From NCBI GenBank assembly GCA_016839585.1, contig JAEOTZ010000042.1, forward strand, positions 24,110 to 88,109: a stretch of 64,000 nucleotides of DNA. Direction: 5' to 3'. The DNA comes from Promethearchaeota archaeon. Lineage in GTDB: Archaea; Asgardarchaeota; Lokiarchaeia; Sigyniarchaeales; SOKP01. Below, piece by piece: positions 58,973-64,000 of this stretch. Under the pieces are notes generated by a model. It worked only from the letters and a program-made list of their open reading frames with translations, was not told the DNA's origin and ran no database searches. Position 1 is the stretch's first letter. Each line of letters begins with the position of its first letter. A program made the translations under genes and the position numbers.

Positions 58973-61300
58973 TTATTTTTCAGAATGATTTAAACGTGGA
59001 AGAAATATGTAAAAAGTAGATCCTTCATTTAATTTACTCTCAACAAATACTTTACCTATATGAAGTTGAATTAATTCCTCTGCTATAGATAATCCTAAAC
59101 CTGATCCCGGGATTTCACTAACATTTTTTGACCTATAAAATCTTTCAAATATGTGAGGTAACTCATCTTCAGAAATTCCTATACCGGTATCTTTAAATTG
59201 GAAGAGAACTCCATTATTTCCATTTATATTATATTCTCCTTTATAATCATCAAATGCATTAATCTCAATTGTAGAATTCTCTTTTGAATACTTTATAGCA
59301 TTATCAATAAAAATACGAAATATTTGATCAATTCGTTTCGGATCTCCTTTTAACATAAGATTTTTGTGAATATCAATCTTAAAGTCTAAATTTTTCTCTT
59401 TACCAATCGGTTCCATAAGTGTTAATATATTATTAATTATTTCTAATGGATAATATTCAATCCAATCGATATCTACTCTCTTCTCATCGATTCTCGATAT
59501 CATTAAAATATTTTCCGCTAATTTATGAAGTAATTTAACATTTCTATCAATCCCATCCATAAGTTTTACTTCTACTTCAGGTTGAAGATCCTTCTTATAA
59601 TTTTTTAAGTAATCCATTGACATTAATAAAACGGTAATTGGGGTCCTTAATTCATGAGAAACTGTTGATATTAATCGTTTTAATCTATCTTCAGCTTTCT
59701 TTTTCTCGGTAATATCTCGAGCGATTGTGGATGCTCCAATAATTTTATTATTTCTATCTTTTATCGGTGAAATTGTAAGAGAGACATTAACTTTTGATCC
59801 ATCTTTCCTTATTCTTTCAGTTTCAAAACCTTCAAGTTTTTCTCCACTTTTAATTCTTGTTAATATTTCAAGGATCTCACTTTTTTGGTTAGGAGGTGAA
59901 AAAAGCTCGATTGATTTTCCCAATACTTCTTCAGTAGAATAATAATAAATTTTCTCAGCAGCTTTATTCCAGCTGGTAATTATTCCATCTAATGTTTTAC
60001 CTATTATTGCATCCTCGGATGATTCTACAATAGACGCTAATCTCGTTTTTAATTCTGCTGCTTTCTTTTGCTCTGTTATATCTCGAAATATTGATTGAAA
60101 ATAATTTTTTCCAGATAAAGATATTAATTTAGTTCTTATATAAATATCCTTAATTTCTCCGCTTTTAGTGCGAAATTTCGACTCGAAATCATTACTTCCA
60201 TCTCTTATTACCTTTTCAGTATGGCGTCTTGTCTCAGAAGGGGTTTCCATAACATCATAATCATTTACTTGTAATTTTTCAAATTCTTCATGTGTATAAC
60301 CTAATATTTTACATGCTGCATCATTAAATTCGACTGCTCTTAAAGTTTCAAGATCTATGACTAGAATACCATCAGGAGATTGTTCAAAAATGGTACGATA
60401 TCTTAATTCTGCCTCTTTAAGCAGTAAATTAGCTTTTTCAAGGTCACTCGCTTTAGAAATTAAATTTTTTTCACTTAATTTTAACTTTCTAAATAAAAGA
60501 TTAATAGGATTTTCTAAACCAATATTTATAATAGCTTTATACAAAAAGAAGAAAGAGATGATTTTAAAAATATGTCCAATTAAATTTGGAATTCCATAAG
60601 CAGTTATATAAAGTGTAAAAGATAACTCGGATATTATAGTTGCTATAATTGAGTATAATAAAGTTAAGTAAATTTTTCTTTCAAATAAAACTCGATGTCT
60701 ATAAATCATGAAAATTGTTATAAAAAGTAAAAAATCAATAATATATTCACTAATTATTTTAAAAGGCGTTAAACCAGTTCCTTCAATAAAACAGTCAGGA
60801 AAAATTCTTGAAAAAATTAATACTAATAAGATAAATGTAATTATAATGTAAAATATGATCAGATAGTTGATTTTAATTTTTTTATTTATTATTATAGATG
60901 CAAAAAGGAAAGATCCTGCCTGCATATAACGTGCTGCTATCCAGAGTTGTGCAGCTAAGTTTGTATCATAATCAGGAAATATTTCCATTCCAGGATATGC
61001 TAAAGAATGAACTAAATCTAAAAAACCAACATATAAGAAAGATACACCAATTACCAGAAAAAATGAATTATCAATACGTTTTCGAGAATTCCAACAAATT
61101 ATAAAAATCCCTCCTCCAATAACAATACTGAAGAATTCAGCAATTGTATGGAAAAGGAGATAATTATAAAATATAGTCAAGTAGGTTAAAAATAATATTA
61201 TCAGAAAAACATAAATTTCTACACGATAATTCTTTTTTTCAGAATTTTTTTGAGTTTTTGTAGTATCTGAGTAGAGATTATTTATTTGTTCATCAACCAT
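58973..61300 (-). CDS. MASE3 membrane sensor + two PAS + histidine kinase
   Basis: YLLFHTIAEFFSI, DLVHSLAYPGM, QLWIAAR, GLTPFKIISEY, GHIFK; SSEDAII/SWNKAAE; SHELRTP, DNAIKY, GSGLGL. Confidence 0.92.
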   Translation of the reverse strand: MVDEQINNLYSDTTKTQKNSEKKNYRVEIYVFLIILFLTYLTIFYNYLLFHTIAEFFSIVIGGGIFIICWNSRKRIDNSFFLVIGVSFLYVGFLDLVHSLAYPGMEIFPDYDTNLAAQLWIAARYMQAGSFLFASIIINKKIKINYLIIFYIIITFILLVLIFSRIFPDCFIEGTGLTPFKIISEYIIDFLLFITIFMIYRHRVLFERKIYLTLLYSIIATIISELSFTLYITAYGIPNLIGHIFKIISFFFLYKAIINIGLENPINLLFRKLKLSEKNLISKASDLEKANLLLKEAELRYRTIFEQSPDGILVIDLETLRAVEFNDAACKILGYTHEEFEKLQVNDYDVMETPSETRRHTEKVIRDGSNDFESKFRTKSGEIKDIYIRTKLISLSGKNYFQSIFRDITEQKKAAELKTRLASIVESSEDAIIGKTLDGIITSWNKAAEKIYYYSTEEVLGKSIELFSPPNQKSEILEILTRIKSGEKLEGFETERIRKDGSKVNVSLTISPIKDRNNKIIGASTIARDITEKKKAEDRLKRLISTVSHELRTPITVLLMSMDYLKNYKKDLQPEVEVKLMDGIDRNVKLLHKLAENILMISRIDEKRVDIDWIEYYPLEIINNILTLMEPIGKEKNLDFKIDIHKNLMLKGDPKRIDQIFRIFIDNAIKYSKENSTIEINAFDDYKGEYNINGNNGVLFQFKDTGIGISEDELPHIFERFYRSKNVSEIPGSGLGLSIAEELIQLHIGKVFVESKLNEGSTFYIFLPRLNHSEK

Positions 61301-61337
61301 TGATTTACTTTAATTCTCTTAAATTTTTAAATTATTT

Positions 61338-61892
61338 TTAAAACAAGCGCGATTTTTCAAAAATAGTATATATCGAAGTTTTATGGATTGAGTAATTAAA
61401 GTTTGGAGGTATTTTTTCATTTATTAAATTAATTATATCTTTTACAGTATTCTCATTAACCTTTTTATTATATTGTTCTAAATCGGGGTCAAATTTGTGT
61501 AAAAATATTGAAAAATCTACGCTTCTGTCATATTCTTTTAAATGTTTAATTATTTCTTCCAAGTAATTCAATGCTAAATTATAGCGTTCAATATCTTGAA
61601 TATCAATTACATAAATTATTTTACTTGTCCCAATAATATATTGATTAAAGTTTTCTAAATACTCCTCTCGGAAAGCTTCTTGACCTCCAAAATCCCAAAT
61701 ACTGTAGTTTAAGTCTGAAATCTTAAAAGCTACAACATCCGCTCCCTTTGTTGGTCTAATAGAATAAAAAGATAAGAGGTTTTTAATACCTTTTAAACAT
61801 AACAATATCGAAGTTTTTCCACTATTATCTAATCCCATAATGAGTATTTTTTTAGCATTTTTTCCTTCAAAATCTTTATCCTTTTTAGCCAT
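61338..61892 (-). CDS. Stand-alone Rag/Arf-like small GTPase
   Basis: LIMGLDNSGKTS, PTKG, WDFGGQ, HKFD, TSIY; start likely ATG 61892. Confidence 0.9.
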   Translation of the reverse strand: MAKKDKDFEGKNAKKILIMGLDNSGKTSILLCLKGIKNLLSFYSIRPTKGADVVAFKISDLNYSIWDFGGQEAFREEYLENFNQYIIGTSKIIYVIDIQDIERYNLALNYLEEIIKHLKEYDRSVDFSIFLHKFDPDLEQYNKKVNENTVKDIINLINEKIPPNFNYSIHKTSIYTIFEKSRLF

Positions 61893-61944
61893 GATTGATT
61901 TTGATAACAATATTTAATTTAAATTTCATACTATTTTCATATTA

Positions 61945-62280
61945 TCAAGATAATGTATCTAATACATCTAAATCTCTTAATTCTTTCAGTTTTTCTTTAT
62001 TAATTTCATTCGCAAAATCACTAATTGAGGAAATTAATGGAAAAATATCTAGATTTTTAATTTTATAATGATTTAAATTACTCTTTTTTTCAGATATGAT
62101 GAGATTGTAATTTAGTAATAGTTTAAGATGTTGAGAAATAGTAGATTGCGATTTATTTAATGCTTTTTGTATTTTTAGGGATGTTTTACCACCACTTCTT
62201 AATAACTCTAAAATTTCTAAACGTGTTGGATCTGCTAAAATTTTTAAAAAGTCGATTAAATATTTTTTCAATTCACTCAT
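61945..62280 (-). CDS. ArsR/SmtB family transcriptional regulator
   Basis: LADPTRLEILELL, SQSTISQHLKLL. Confidence 0.9.
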   Translation of the reverse strand: MSELKKYLIDFLKILADPTRLEILELLRSGGKTSLKIQKALNKSQSTISQHLKLLLNYNLIISEKKSNLNHYKIKNLDIFPLISSISDFANEINKEKLKELRDLDVLDTLS

Positions 62281-62447
62281 TACTTATAAAACATCCCTTT
62301 AAGTTTTAATTCAAACGTCTTTATTTTTAAAAATATTTCTAATTTTTTATTAATGTTTTTATAAAAATATATAAAGATGCAAATATTTAAATATCACCAT
62401 ATCGTTATATAGCAATAATAATAAAAAATTAAAAATTTGACAAAAAA

Positions 62448-62960
62448 ATGAGTAGTAAAATTTTCAAAATAGATGAAGTTGATCGAAATATAATTCAATT
62501 AGTCCAAAATGAACCCACACTTACTCATACTGAAATTGCGAAAAAAGTTAACAGAAGCCAGCCAACTGTAGGCATGAGAATAAAGAAACTAGAATCTTCG
62601 GGAGTATTAAAATTTCAAGCAGGTATAAATATAAAAACAATGGATTTGTTTCTTGGGCGAGTTGAGATTCAAACATTACAACCAAGAAAAATATTAGATC
62701 TGGTAAAAAAATGCCCATACATGCTAAATGCCTTCAGATTAAGTGGAACATCAAATATTAGTATTTTACTCGTCGGACCGAAATTTGAATATCTTGATAA
62801 TATTGTAAATCATCACTTTAGAAAAAATCCTAATATTACAAATGTTTATTTAGATATCATAACTGATGTTGAAAATGATTTTGTATTGCCTTTTGATTTT
62901 GATTATGAAAAATGTGGAGCACAGCCAGATGGAGAATGTTGTGGTAAGTGTACACGATAA
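62448..62960 (+). CDS. Lrp/AsnC family regulator with Cys-rich C-terminus
   Basis: IDEVDRNII, EIAKKV..SQPTVGMRIKKLE, RAM-like domain, C-terminal CGAQPDGECCGKC. Confidence 0.88.
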   Translation: MSSKIFKIDEVDRNIIQLVQNEPTLTHTEIAKKVNRSQPTVGMRIKKLESSGVLKFQAGINIKTMDLFLGRVEIQTLQPRKILDLVKKCPYMLNAFRLSGTSNISILLVGPKFEYLDNIVNHHFRKNPNITNVYLDIITDVENDFVLPFDFDYEKCGAQPDGECCGKCTR

Positions 62961-63113
62961 TTTTTCTTATTCTATTAAGATTTCTATCTTTATATATTAT
63001 TTGTAAGATTATGTCTAGATAATTTTTTAAGTTCTAACCATAAGGTTTTAGATAAACTGATAACTAATTTAATAAAATTTAAATTAGAAAAGATAATAAA
63101 AAATATATTCAAC

Positions 63114-63186
63114 GCCAGCGTATCCGAGTAGTTAAGGAGGCGGCCTGCAGAGCCGTTATACGAGGGTGCAAATCCCTCCGCTGGCT
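63114..63186 (+). tRNA. tRNA-Cys(GCA), intronless, CCA not encoded
   Basis: Acceptor GCCAGCG/CGCTGGC + U discriminator; anticodon arm GCGGC-CTGCAGA-GCCGT; T arm GAGGG-TGCAAAT-CCCTC. Confidence 0.95.
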
Positions 63187-63199
63187 CTTATTTATTCTT

Positions 63200-63772
63200 T
63201 TATAAATTTTTTCTTACAATATAAAAATTTTCCAATTCTTTATATATATTAAAATCCTCTGATTTATAAAGCGAAATTGGACCACGATATTGGTGTGCAT
63301 CAGATAGCTTTTCGCCCTTTCTAGGATATGCTTCAATACAATCATAACCCTTATCTTTAAAATCTATACAGACATATTGAAGTAATTTCCTTGCTATTCC
63401 TTTCCTTCTATGAAGATGAGAAATTACAAAACAGACAATTGAAGCCAATTTTCCATCAAAAATTGTTTTCAATTCTTCCATATATGATATTTTTTGAAAA
63501 TTTTCTTTTAAATTTGCATTACACCAACCAACTGGTTTATTATCTATATATGCAAAATATCCGTTCATTTTTCCGGATTGTATCAAATTTATAGAAGCAT
63601 TGCGATTTTCTTCTCCAGTTCTTTTCATCCACTCTTTATTTGAGCCATTAAAATGATAAAAATTGCAATAACAAACACTCCAATCAGGATTGTCTTTAAA
63701 TGCTACATTATCAAAAAAGTATAAGAAATCATCAATGAGTTCTGGTTCTATTGACTTTATCTTAATTTCCAT
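63200..63772 (-). CDS. GNAT family N-acetyltransferase
   Basis: WSVCYC, PVGWC, IVCFVI...RRKGIARKLL, IEAYP. Confidence 0.85.
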   Translation of the reverse strand: MEIKIKSIEPELIDDFLYFFDNVAFKDNPDWSVCYCNFYHFNGSNKEWMKRTGEENRNASINLIQSGKMNGYFAYIDNKPVGWCNANLKENFQKISYMEELKTIFDGKLASIVCFVISHLHRRKGIARKLLQYVCIDFKDKGYDCIEAYPRKGEKLSDAHQYRGPISLYKSEDFNIYKELENFYIVRKNL

Positions 63773-64000
63773 TACTAAGCCACCTTAAAAATCTGATATT
63801 TTATTTTAATAAAAATTTATGTCTCATAAATATTTTAATGTATATATTTAGTTTGTATAATCTTCAATTCATTAGTTTTAAAAAAATATCAATAACAAAT
63901 ATTAATATTATTAAACATTCTCCTTTCTTAATAGATTTTAATTACTAATCATTTTAATATGAAAGTTTACAATAGTTTAACGTTTAAAAAAGAAGAATTT

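Noticed and set aside
1555-63594. Short ORF-track entries antisense to or nested in assigned genes (e.g. 2854, 5494, 25409, 29852, 40723, 56605, 59727)
   Set aside because: Shadow frames of well-supported genes with no independent motifs; 40723-40965 is antisense to the real mvhD
63114-64000. Integrated element at tRNA-Cys
   Set aside because: No integrase or duplicated tRNA 3' end in the window
1-64000. CRISPR array, rRNA, IS elements, prophage genes
   Set aside because: No regularly spaced repeats, long GC-rich structural RNA, transposase or viral hallmark motifs seen

Overview
AT-rich archaeal chromosomal window, most consistent with an Asgard archaeon of the Lokiarchaeia type. The basis is the mix of H4MPT/methanofuran C1 enzymes, several Hdr/Flx systems, two Rag-like small GTPases, a longin-like domain, a vWA-RING protein and an IPGY-TM-basic C-terminal sorting signal. 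Left arm: fwdG-F-D-B-C (no fwdA), fdhD, a partial hdrB, korAB and a DapA-Fae fusion operon. Centre: accessory and redox genes, then hdrD with a giant HdrL-type HdrA converging on hdrCBA-mvhD(flxD)-flxCBA; this mvhD has no ATG/GTG/TTG start. Right arm: a TPR/GNAT/GNAT/ThiF/7TM cassette, a PAS kinase, cysE-cysK and tRNA-Cys. Best candidate for an undescribed system (57999-62280): ArsR, a Rag-like GTPase, a MASE3-PAS histidine kinase and a receiver domain fused to a folliculin/SMCR8-like longin domain that appears to keep the GAP arginine-finger position. This suggests two-component phosphorelay control of a eukaryote-type GTPase switch. No CRISPR array, rRNA, transposase or in-frame Sec codon was recognised. 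All calls come from motif recognition by eye; no database searches were run.
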